Under the pieces are notes generated by a model that worked only from the letters and a program-made list of their open reading frames with translations, was not told the DNA's origin and did not search any database. Below are positions 18,888 through 27,335 of a DNA stretch of 64,000 nt, one piece after another. The stretch covers positions 106,732-170,731 of the forward strand of contig JBAYFL010000009.1 in NCBI GenBank assembly GCA_041667205.1, in the 5' to 3' direction. How positions within the stretch are numbered: position 1 is the first letter of the stretch; every line of letters begins with the position of its first letter. Source of the stretch: Verrucomicrobiia bacterium (GTDB taxonomy: Bacteria; Verrucomicrobiota; Verrucomicrobiia; CAIQCK01). The translations under genes and the position numbers were made by a program.

Positions 18888-20543
18888 ATGAAGACAAGAG
18901 CCGCCATCATCCTGTGCGCGTGCCTCGCCTGGGCCGCGCTCTTCACTGCCTCCACCGCTAACGCCGCCGCGCCGAAGCCGAACATCGTCTATGTCCTTTG
19001 CGATGACCTCGGCTACGGCGACCTGCATTGTCTCAACCCCAAGGGCAAGATCGCCACGCCGCACGCCGACAAGCTGGCGTCGCAAGGCATGATCTTCACC
19101 GACGCGCACAGCAGTTCGTCGGTTTGCTCGCCGACGCGCTACGGCGTCATGACCGGCCGCTACAACTGGCGCTCGCGGCTTCAGACCGGCGTCCTTGGCG
19201 GCCTCTCGCCGCGGCTCATTGAGCCGGGCCGGCTCACGGTGCCTGCGCTGCTCAAGAAGAGCGGCTACTACACCGCGTGCGTCGGCAAGTGGCACCTCGG
19301 CATGGATTGGGTGAAGAAGGAAGGCAAGGATGTCTCGGAACTGAACATCGAGAAAGCCGAGCAGGTCTGGAACGTGGACTACTCCAAGCCGGTCACCAAC
19401 GGCCCGAACAGCGTTGGCTTCGACTACTACTATGGCATCAGCGCCTCGCTCGACATGGTGCCCTATACGTTCATCGAGAACGACCGCGTCACCGTCGTGC
19501 CGACGGTGGACAAAGACTGGCCGTTGATGCCTGGTCGAGAGAAGAGCCGCTGCCGCAAAGGTCCCGCCACGCCGGAGTTTGAGGTCGAGCACGTCCTGCC
19601 GGCCTTCACGCGCAAGGCGGTGGAGATCATCGGTGTGCGCGCGGCTGACGCGAAGGCGTGCAAACCGTTCTTCCTTTACCTGCCGCTGAACGCGCCGCAC
19701 ACGCCGATCGCGCCGACAAAAGAGTGGCAGGGCAAGAGCGGTCTGAATCCCTATGCTGATTTCGTGATGCAGACGGACGCAACGCTCGGTGCGGTGATGG
19801 AGGCGTTGGAAAAGAACGGTCTCACAGAGAATACGCTGCTCATCTTCACCAGCGACAACGGCTGCTCGCCACAGGCGGATTTTTCCGCGTTGCTCGAGAA
19901 GGGGCACAACCCCAGCTACCAGTTCCGCGGCCACAAGGCGGACATCTGGGACGGCGGCCACCGCATCCCGTTCATCGCGCGCTGGCCCGGGAAAGTCCAG
20001 CCCGGCACTTCGAGCGAACAACTCGTCTGTCTCACTGACCTGATGGCCACGTGCGCGGCGATTCTCGGCGTAAAGCTGCCCGACAACGCGGGCGAGGACA
20101 GCGTGAGCATGATGATGGCGCTGCAGGGCACGCCAACGGACTTGTATACCGCGATGATCGGCACGCGCTCGACAGGTTGGCGCGAAACGGCGGTGCATCA
20201 CTCCATCAGCGGGAAGTTCTCCATTCGTGAGGGCCGGTGGAAACTGGAACTCTGCCCCGGTTCCGGCGGCTGGAGCACGCCGCGCGACCCGCAGGCGGTT
20301 CAGCAGGGGTTGCCGCAGGTGCAACTCTACGACATGGCTGGTGACGTCGGCGAGAAGGTGAACTTGGCGGACAAACGTCCCGACGTGGTCGGGCGGCTGA
20401 CGAAGTTGTTGGAGAAATACGTCGCCGACGGCCGCAGCACGCCCGGTGCTCCGCAGAAGAATACCGTGGAGGTGGAAATACGGAAGACCGACAAAGCGCA
20501 GCCCCCGGCGAAGAAGCAGGGAAAGCGGAAGGTCGTCAAGTAA
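18888..20543 (+). CDS. arylsulfatase-family sulfatase (Cys-type)
   Basis: Signal peptide, LCDDLGYGD, formylglycine motif CSPTRYGVMTGR, GKWHLG, PLNAPHTP, FTSDNG. Confidence 0.9.
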   Translation: MKTRAAIILCACLAWAALFTASTANAAAPKPNIVYVLCDDLGYGDLHCLNPKGKIATPHADKLASQGMIFTDAHSSSSVCSPTRYGVMTGRYNWRSRLQTGVLGGLSPRLIEPGRLTVPALLKKSGYYTACVGKWHLGMDWVKKEGKDVSELNIEKAEQVWNVDYSKPVTNGPNSVGFDYYYGISASLDMVPYTFIENDRVTVVPTVDKDWPLMPGREKSRCRKGPATPEFEVEHVLPAFTRKAVEIIGVRAADAKACKPFFLYLPLNAPHTPIAPTKEWQGKSGLNPYADFVMQTDATLGAVMEALEKNGLTENTLLIFTSDNGCSPQADFSALLEKGHNPSYQFRGHKADIWDGGHRIPFIARWPGKVQPGTSSEQLVCLTDLMATCAAILGVKLPDNAGEDSVSMMMALQGTPTDLYTAMIGTRSTGWRETAVHHSISGKFSIREGRWKLELCPGSGGWSTPRDPQAVQQGLPQVQLYDMAGDVGEKVNLADKRPDVVGRLTKLLEKYVADGRSTPGAPQKNTVEVEIRKTDKAQPPAKKQGKRKVVK

Positions 20544-20570
20544 TTGCGAGACGGCAACCAAGGCTTAACA

Positions 20571-22115
20571 ATGAAACTCCGACTTCAAACAATGGCGTTT
20601 GTGGCGCTGGCTGTGGTATTCGCCGGTGTCTGCGGTGGCGAGACTGCGTTCTCCTCGAAGCCGAACATCATCTTCATCCTCACCGACGACCAGGGCTACG
20701 GCGACGTGTCGGCGAACGGCAACCCGGTGCTCAAGACGCCGAACCTCGACCGGCTCCACAATGAAGGCGTGCGGTTTAGCGACTTCCACGTCAGTCCAAC
20801 CTGTTCGCCGACGCGCTCGGCGCTGCTGACCGGCCGGCACGAGTTTCGCAACGGCATCACGCATACCATCCTCGAACGCGAGCGGATGACATTGAAAGCA
20901 ACGACACTCGCGCAGGTGCTCAAGTCGGCGGGTTACACCACCGGCATCTTCGGCAAGTGGCACCTCGGCGACGAGGATGAGTATCAGCCAGACCGGCGTG
21001 GCTTCGACGAGGTCTTCATTCATGGCGGCGGCGGCATCGGGAACACCTATCCGGGCAGTTGCGGTGACGCGCCGGGCAACATGTATTTCAGCCCGGCCAT
21101 CAAGCACAACGGCAAGTTCGAGAAGACAAACGGCTATTGCACCGACGTGTTCTTTGGACAGGCGGCGAAGTGGATCGCGTCGGTGAAGGGCAGAAAGCCG
21201 TTCTACGCCTATATCCCGACCAACGCACCGCACGCGCCGCTTCAGGTCCGGCCGGAGGATGAGGCGCGATACGCCGGCAAGGTGCCGGAGAGCGCCGCGA
21301 AGTTCTTCGGCATGATCGCCAACATTGACGACAACGTTGGCAAGCTGCTCGCGAAGCTGGCCGAGTGGGGCATCGAGCGCGACACGCTCGTCGTCTTCAT
21401 GAACGACAACGGCGGCACCGGCGGCTGCAAGGTGTTCAACGCCGGGATGCGCGGCCAGAAAGGCACCGCATGGCTCGGCGGCACGCGCGCCTCCTCGTTC
21501 TGGCGCTGGCCCGGCACGTTCAAGCCCGCCACGGTGGACAAGCTCTGCGCGCACATTGACTTCTTCCCGACCATCGCCGAGATCGTGGGCGCGAAACTCA
21601 GCGACGACGTGAAGGCGCAGGTCGAGGGCCGCAGCCTCGTGCCGCTTCTGAAGGACGCCAGCGCGGTGTGGCCTGATCGTGTTCTCTTTACGCATCTCGG
21701 CCGCTGGCCAAAGGGAGCCGCGCCCGCCACCGGCAAATACTCCGTGTGCAGCGTCCGCAACACCCGCTGGCATCTCGTCTCCGCCGGCAAGGGTGGCGAG
21801 AAGAACTGGCAGCTTTTTGACGTGAAGGCTGACATCGGCGAGACGGCCGACGTGGCCGCGCATCAGCCCGATGTGATCAAGGAACTTGATGCGGCCTACG
21901 AGAAGTGGTGGAACTCGGTTCAACCGCAGCTCGTCAATGAGAACGCGACCGGCCCAAAGATCAATCCGTTCAAGGAGCAATACTGGAAACAATTCGGCGG
22001 TGGCCCCGACGAGGCGATGCTCAAGGAGATGGACCCCGCCGCCAATTCGTGGCGAGCCGGAGCAACCAAAGGTGGCAAGAAGGGCAAACGAGGCAAGACC
22101 GCGGAGGCGAAGTGA
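20571..22115 (+). CDS. sulfatase (Cys-type)
   Basis: ATG 20571 gives the signal MKLRLQTMAFVALAVVFAGV. LTDDQGYGD, CSPTRSALLTGR, GKWHLG, NAPHAP, MNDNGG. Confidence 0.9.
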   Translation: MKLRLQTMAFVALAVVFAGVCGGETAFSSKPNIIFILTDDQGYGDVSANGNPVLKTPNLDRLHNEGVRFSDFHVSPTCSPTRSALLTGRHEFRNGITHTILERERMTLKATTLAQVLKSAGYTTGIFGKWHLGDEDEYQPDRRGFDEVFIHGGGGIGNTYPGSCGDAPGNMYFSPAIKHNGKFEKTNGYCTDVFFGQAAKWIASVKGRKPFYAYIPTNAPHAPLQVRPEDEARYAGKVPESAAKFFGMIANIDDNVGKLLAKLAEWGIERDTLVVFMNDNGGTGGCKVFNAGMRGQKGTAWLGGTRASSFWRWPGTFKPATVDKLCAHIDFFPTIAEIVGAKLSDDVKAQVEGRSLVPLLKDASAVWPDRVLFTHLGRWPKGAAPATGKYSVCSVRNTRWHLVSAGKGGEKNWQLFDVKADIGETADVAAHQPDVIKELDAAYEKWWNSVQPQLVNENATGPKINPFKEQYWKQFGGGPDEAMLKEMDPAANSWRAGATKGGKKGKRGKTAEAK

Positions 22116-23968
22116 AACTGGCTTGCCTGTTCCTGTGCGCCGCGCTCGCTGCCGGCGCGTGTCATGCCGCGACGGCAAAGCCGAACGTCATCGTCATCCT
22201 GACGGACGACCAGGGCTACGGCGACTTTTCCTGTCACGACAATCCGGTGCTCAAAACGCCGCACCTCGACCGGCTCCATGACGAGAGCATCCGGTTCACG
22301 GACTTCCACTCCTCGCCGATGTGCACGCCGACGCGCGGGCAACTCATGACCGGCCGCGATGCGCTGGCCAATGGCGCAAGTTGCGTCTGCTCCGGGCGGA
22401 CGTTTGTGCGGCGCGAGGTGCCGACGATGGCGGAGTTGTTCGCAGCGGGCGGATACCAAACCGGGTTGTTTGGCAAGTGGCACCTCGGCGATAACTACCC
22501 GCACCGGCCCAACGACCGCGGATTTCACGAGGCGGTCTATCATCTTGGCTGGGGCATTACCTCCACACCGGATCATTGGGACAACGATTACTTCGACGAC
22601 TTCTTCCGCCACAACGGTCGCGTGGGGCAGTTCAATGGCTACTGCACGGACGTGTTTTTCGCCGAGGCGCAGCGGTGGATGAAGTCGTGCGCCGCCGAGG
22701 GCAAGCCGTTCCTCTGCTATCTCGCGCCGAACGCGCCGCACGGGCCGTTTTACGTCGCCGACAAATACAAGCGGCCCTACAAGCACCTTTCGCCCGATGT
22801 CGCCGGATTCTTCGGCATGATCGCCAACCTCGACGAGAACATTGGCCGGCTCGAAGCGATGCTGCGCGAGGCCGGCCTGCGCGAGAACACCATCCTCGTC
22901 TTCATGACCGACAACGGTGGCACGGGCGGCATCTCGGTATTCAACGCCGGGATGCGTGGCGCGAAGGCCAGCCTCTACGACGGCGGTCATCGGGTGCCGT
23001 GTTTCTTCCGCTGGCCTGCCGGTGGACTGCGGCCCGCCGGAGACGTGGCGGAGTTGGCGCAGGTGCAGGACATGCTGCCGACGTTGTTGGAGTTGTGTGA
23101 GGTAAACGTAGCCCACGACTCTGTCGCGGGATCGAAGATAAAAGATTCCCGCCACGGAGTGGCGAGCTACCGAGGCTTCGATGGTCTCAGTCTCGTGCCG
23201 GTGTTGCGTAGGAAGGAGCCGTCGGCGCTCGCGGAGCGGACGCTGGTGGTGCAATACAGCGGCCTGACGCAGAGCGATCCGGCGAAGTGGGACTCGGCTG
23301 TGCTTCGTGGCAACTGGCGCTTGGTCAAGGGCGAGAAGCTCTACGACATCAAGAGCGATCCGGCACAGAAGAGCGACGTGGCTGCCCAACATCCGGAGCT
23401 GGTGAAGGCGATGCGTGCTCACTACGAGAAGTGGTGGGCCGCTGTGCAATCGGGACTGCGCAAGTTCGAAACACTCGATGTTGGCTCGGATAGTGAGAAC
23501 CCCACCTGCCTGACTTCGATGGATTGGCTCGCGCCTCAGTTGACGCCTTGCTCCCAGCCGTTCGACGTGCGGCTGGCGGGCGAGACGTTGGTGAAGGAAG
23601 GTTCGCTGCCCGGCGGTCGGCCACAGCCGGTGATGAACGGTCCGTGGAACCTCCGCGTCACGCGCGACGGCGTCTATCGCATCAGTTTGTGGCGCTGGCC
23701 GCGTGAGGCGGATGCACGGCTGGCGGGCAGCGTGCCGGCTTACAAGGGCGTGGACGGCTCGTTTCCCGCAGGCAAGGCTTTGCCCATCGCCAAGGCGCGG
23801 CTGCGCATCGGTGGCTTCGACGCCACGACGCCGGTGAGCGCGTTGGACAAGGAGGCCGTGTTCGAGACGCGCCTGAAGACGGGAAAGACGCAATTGCAGA
23901 CATGGTTTTACGACGCGCAAGGTCGAGAGTTGTGCGGCGCTTTCTACGTCGAGGTGCTGCGAAAGTAA
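22112..23968 (+). CDS. sulfatase (Cys-type) with C-terminal extension and in-frame palindromic insert
   Basis: GTG 22112 overlaps the upstream stop (GTGA) and gives the signal VKLACLFLCAALAAGACHA. LTDDQGYGD, CTPTRGQLMTGR, GKWHLG, MTDNGG. An extra domain of about 200 aa follows the sulfatase core. Confidence 0.85.
   Translation: MKLACLFLCAALAAGACHAATAKPNVIVILTDDQGYGDFSCHDNPVLKTPHLDRLHDESIRFTDFHSSPMCTPTRGQLMTGRDALANGASCVCSGRTFVRREVPTMAELFAAGGYQTGLFGKWHLGDNYPHRPNDRGFHEAVYHLGWGITSTPDHWDNDYFDDFFRHNGRVGQFNGYCTDVFFAEAQRWMKSCAAEGKPFLCYLAPNAPHGPFYVADKYKRPYKHLSPDVAGFFGMIANLDENIGRLEAMLREAGLRENTILVFMTDNGGTGGISVFNAGMRGAKASLYDGGHRVPCFFRWPAGGLRPAGDVAELAQVQDMLPTLLELCEVNVAHDSVAGSKIKDSRHGVASYRGFDGLSLVPVLRRKEPSALAERTLVVQYSGLTQSDPAKWDSAVLRGNWRLVKGEKLYDIKSDPAQKSDVAAQHPELVKAMRAHYEKWWAAVQSGLRKFETLDVGSDSENPTCLTSMDWLAPQLTPCSQPFDVRLAGETLVKEGSLPGGRPQPVMNGPWNLRVTRDGVYRISLWRWPREADARLAGSVPAYKGVDGSFPAGKALPIAKARLRIGGFDATTPVSALDKEAVFETRLKTGKTQLQTWFYDAQGRELCGAFYVEVLRK
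23108..23170. repeat. REPIN-like element inside sulfatase CDS, in frame
   Basis: GTAGCCCACGACTCTGTCGCGGGA-15 nt-TCCCGCCACGGAGTGGCGAGCTAC belongs to the same family as 15908-15967. It is 63 bp (21 codons) and is read as VAHDSVAGSKIKDSRHGVASY. Confidence 0.7.
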
Positions 23969-23985
23969 CGACAAAGGACCCAGTT

Positions 23986-25716
23986 ATGAAACGACATCGT
24001 CAGCGCTTGGTGATGGCGGGTTTCTGTGGTGCCTTACTGTTCTCGCATGCGGCGAGTTCTCGTGTGTCGGCTGCCGACACAATCTTGGTCGGCGGCAGGA
24101 TTGTCACGCTTGACGCGCAGGAGCGTGTGGCCGAGGCGCTGGCGATCCGCGATGGGCGGATCATAGCGGTCGGGTCGAGCGCGGAGGTGCTCAAGCTCGC
24201 GGGCGACCGCACGGAGGTCATCAAGCTGGACGGCAAGACGGTGCTGCCAGGCTTTGTGGAGTCGCACGTCCACGCCATCGGCGCGGCGCGGGCGTCGGTG
24301 ACGGAGACCTACGCGGAGTTGTCGAGCATCGCGGAGATTCAGGATTGGATTCGGCGGCGAGCGAAGGAACTGCCCGCCGGCCAGTGGATCGAAGTGCCGC
24401 GGAACGAGATCACGCGACTGAAGGAACGCCGCCATCCCACGCCGTCGGAACTGGACGCGGCGACGACGGAGCATCCGGTGCTCTACACATCGGCGATGAA
24501 GCACGCGCTAAACAGCGCCGGCTTTCGTGCGCTCGGTATCGTGGCCGCCGACAGCAAACTGCCTGACGGCGAGATTGTGCGGGACGAACAAGGCCGGCCT
24601 GCTCTTATCCGTGGCGGAAATCAGTCGCTTCGCAAGCTCATGCCGCGGCCGACAGTGACGCGCGAACAGACGCTGGCGGCGCTGGCCAAGCTTCTGCGCT
24701 GCTACAATGAAGTCGGCATCACTACGATTTTCGAGCGCGCGACAGACCACGAGGGTGTCCGCATGTATAGGGAACTTCGCGAGCAAGGCCGCCTCACGAC
24801 GCGGATGCGGGGAACGTTCCGCTTCTCCGCACGCACGGCCGAGGGTGTCGAGAAATACGTGAAGGCGCTCGGTTTCAAGCCGGGCGAAGGCGATGACTGG
24901 GTCCGCGCCGTCAGCATGAAGACGACGCTCGACGGCGGCATCCACTGGGGCACAACGCGGTTGACTGAGCCTTACGGCGAGCGGCGCATGCGGTTCTACC
25001 GGCTCACAGACCCGAATTATCGCGGCGAGATGTTTCTGAAGCCGGAGGATCTGAAGACGGTGTTTGCGACGGTCAACCGCCTCGGCTGGCCGATGAGTGT
25101 GCATGTTACCGGCGACGGCGGCACGGAAGCGGTGCTCGACGCCATCGCGGCGGTGGCCGCGACCGATCCGAGCATCAAGCAGCGGCGGTTCAACCTGCTG
25201 CACACTTACTTTCCGACGCCGGCCATCGCGCGGAGGGCGAAGGAACTCGGCGTTGGCGTGGACACGCAAGGCTATCTCTATTACCGCGACGCCGAGGCGA
25301 TGGCGGAGGTTTACGGGAAGCCGTGGGCGGAGCGCTTTATCGGCTTGGGCGAGTGGGCGCGCGCGGGCGTGCCGGTGGCGGTGAACAGCGACCACATGAT
25401 CGGCTTCGACCCCGACCACGCGATGAACTCGTTCAATCCCGCGCTGATGCTCTGGATCGCCATAGCGCGGCAGAGCGACCGCGGCAACGTCTATGGCGCA
25501 GCGCAGAAGCTCTCGCGGCTCGACGCACTGCGGGCGGTGACGCTCTGGGCCGCATGGTTGAGTTTCGACGAAGACAAGCTCGGCTCGCTTGAACTGGGCA
25601 AGCTCGCTGACCTCGTCGTGATAGATCGCGACTATCTGGCTTGTCCGATCAAGGAACTGCGCGAGATCAAGGTGCTGCGGACGATGGTTGGCGGCAAGAC
25701 TGTGTTTCAGCGTTGA
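23986..25716 (+). CDS. amidohydrolase-family metal-dependent hydrolase (Amidohydro_3-like), secreted
   Basis: ATG 23986 gives the signal-like MKRHRQRLVMAGFCGALLFSHAASS. HxH metal motif FVESHVHA, later VHVTGDGG and NSDHM. Confidence 0.75.
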   Translation: MKRHRQRLVMAGFCGALLFSHAASSRVSAADTILVGGRIVTLDAQERVAEALAIRDGRIIAVGSSAEVLKLAGDRTEVIKLDGKTVLPGFVESHVHAIGAARASVTETYAELSSIAEIQDWIRRRAKELPAGQWIEVPRNEITRLKERRHPTPSELDAATTEHPVLYTSAMKHALNSAGFRALGIVAADSKLPDGEIVRDEQGRPALIRGGNQSLRKLMPRPTVTREQTLAALAKLLRCYNEVGITTIFERATDHEGVRMYRELREQGRLTTRMRGTFRFSARTAEGVEKYVKALGFKPGEGDDWVRAVSMKTTLDGGIHWGTTRLTEPYGERRMRFYRLTDPNYRGEMFLKPEDLKTVFATVNRLGWPMSVHVTGDGGTEAVLDAIAAVAATDPSIKQRRFNLLHTYFPTPAIARRAKELGVGVDTQGYLYYRDAEAMAEVYGKPWAERFIGLGEWARAGVPVAVNSDHMIGFDPDHAMNSFNPALMLWIAIARQSDRGNVYGAAQKLSRLDALRAVTLWAAWLSFDEDKLGSLELGKLADLVVIDRDYLACPIKELREIKVLRTMVGGKTVFQR

Positions 25717-25762
25717 TGTAGTGTGATCGAGTTGACAGAAGGGAACAAACGTTCGGAGATAT

Positions 25763-27322
25763 ATGATGAATCACGTGCTTGCTGTTCTTTGTGCGTTCGC
25801 CTCCTACGGTGGTTTGTCGGTAACGGCCGGCGATCAGGCAAAGCCCAACATTGTCCTCATCCTCGCTGACGATATCGGCTACGGCGACCTCTCCTGCTAC
25901 GGGGCGAAGATGGTGCAGACGCCGAACCTCGACCGGCTTGCGCGCGACGGGCGGCGGTTCAGCGACGCGCATTCGCCCGCGTCCACCTGCACGCCGACGC
26001 GGCGGGCGTTGCTCACGGGGAAGTATTCGTGGCGGCAGCCGGAAGGCTCGGCCATCGCGCCGGGCGACGCGGCCATCACCATCCAGCCCGGCTCGGTGAC
26101 GCTGCCCTCGATGCTGAAGCAGGCCGGTTACACCACCGGCCTTGTTGGCAAGTGGCACCTTGGCCTCGGTCCCGACGGTGGCCCGGACTGGAACGGCGAC
26201 ATCAAGCCCGGCCCGCTAGAGGTCGGCTTCGACTACGCGTTTTTCTTTCCCGCGACGGGCGACCGTGTGCCGACGGTGTTCATCGAAAACCGCCGTGTCG
26301 TCGGCCTCGACGTGCATGACCCGATCAAGGTCAGTTACAAGGAGAAGATCGGCAACGACCCGACCGGCAGGGAAAACCCTGAACTGCTGAAGCTCAAGGC
26401 CACGCACGGCCACGACAACACCATCGTCAGCGGCGTCGGCCGCATCGGCTGGATGAGTGGCGGCAAAGCGGCGCGTTGGAAGGACGAGGAGATCGCCGAC
26501 ACGTTCCGGCAGAAAGCGTGCGGGTTCATCGAACGCAGCAAGGACAAACCGTTCTTCCTCTACTTCGCCACGCACAACATCCACGTGCCGCGCGTGCCGA
26601 ATCCGTGCCACCACGGCAAGAGCCAGTGCGGCACCCGCGGCGACGCGATCGTGGAACTCGACGTGGCCATCGGCGAGGTGCTCGCGACGCTGGACCGGCT
26701 GAAGCTGGCCGACAACACGCTCGTGGTCTTCACCAGCGACAACGGTGGCGTGATGGACGACGGCTACGAGGACGTCGGCAACTTCGAGCATCCGTGCAAC
26801 GGCGCGTTGCGCGGCTACAAGGGCAGCTTGTTCGAGGGCGGCCATCGCGTGCCGTTCATCGCCCGCTGGCCGGGCAAGATCAAAGCCGGCAGCGAGTGCG
26901 GCGAACTGATGGCGCACCTCGACATGCTGGCGACGTTCGCGGCGCTGACCGGCCAGACGCTGGCCTCCGATGCCGCGCTGGACAGCTTTAACGTCCTGCC
27001 CGCGCTGCTCGGCCAGCCGCACAACAAGGCGGGCCGCGAGAACTTCGTCGCGCACGTTGGCGGCACGAAAGGGCCGTTCGCCATCCGGCAAAGCACGTGG
27101 AAGCTCATCCAAGCCGGCGGTGCGCGGGAGAGCTACAAGGACGCCGGCAAGACTGCGAGGGTAGGGAAGGGCAAGGGCAAAGCCGCCATCCCACCGTTTC
27201 TAGTCAACCTCACCGACGACCCTAGCGAGAAGAAAAACATCGCGGCAGAGCATCCGGACAAGGTCAAGGAGTTGCAGGCGCTGTTTGAGAAACTGCGCGA
27301 CGCGGGGCGCAGCCGGCCGTGA
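25763..27322 (+). CDS. sulfatase (Cys-type)
   Basis: LADDIGYGD, CTPTRRALLTGK, GKWHLG, ATHNIHVP, FTSDNGG. Confidence 0.9.
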   Translation: MMNHVLAVLCAFASYGGLSVTAGDQAKPNIVLILADDIGYGDLSCYGAKMVQTPNLDRLARDGRRFSDAHSPASTCTPTRRALLTGKYSWRQPEGSAIAPGDAAITIQPGSVTLPSMLKQAGYTTGLVGKWHLGLGPDGGPDWNGDIKPGPLEVGFDYAFFFPATGDRVPTVFIENRRVVGLDVHDPIKVSYKEKIGNDPTGRENPELLKLKATHGHDNTIVSGVGRIGWMSGGKAARWKDEEIADTFRQKACGFIERSKDKPFFLYFATHNIHVPRVPNPCHHGKSQCGTRGDAIVELDVAIGEVLATLDRLKLADNTLVVFTSDNGGVMDDGYEDVGNFEHPCNGALRGYKGSLFEGGHRVPFIARWPGKIKAGSECGELMAHLDMLATFAALTGQTLASDAALDSFNVLPALLGQPHNKAGRENFVAHVGGTKGPFAIRQSTWKLIQAGGARESYKDAGKTARVGKGKGKAAIPPFLVNLTDDPSEKKNIAAEHPDKVKELQALFEKLRDAGRSRP

Positions 27323-27335
27323 GAGGATTGGTTCA

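Noticed and set aside
18576-23974. Long minus-strand ORFs 18576-20561 (661 aa) and 21920-23974 (684 aa). The same pattern applies to 11245-12732, 31301-33322, 52494-54146, 43016-44536 (+) and 55142-56599.
   Set aside because: Each is antisense to a gene with strong motifs (sulfatases, sialidase, radical SAM enzyme, UDPGP, oxidoreductase). Their translations are Arg/Ala/Gly/His-rich without recognisable domains.
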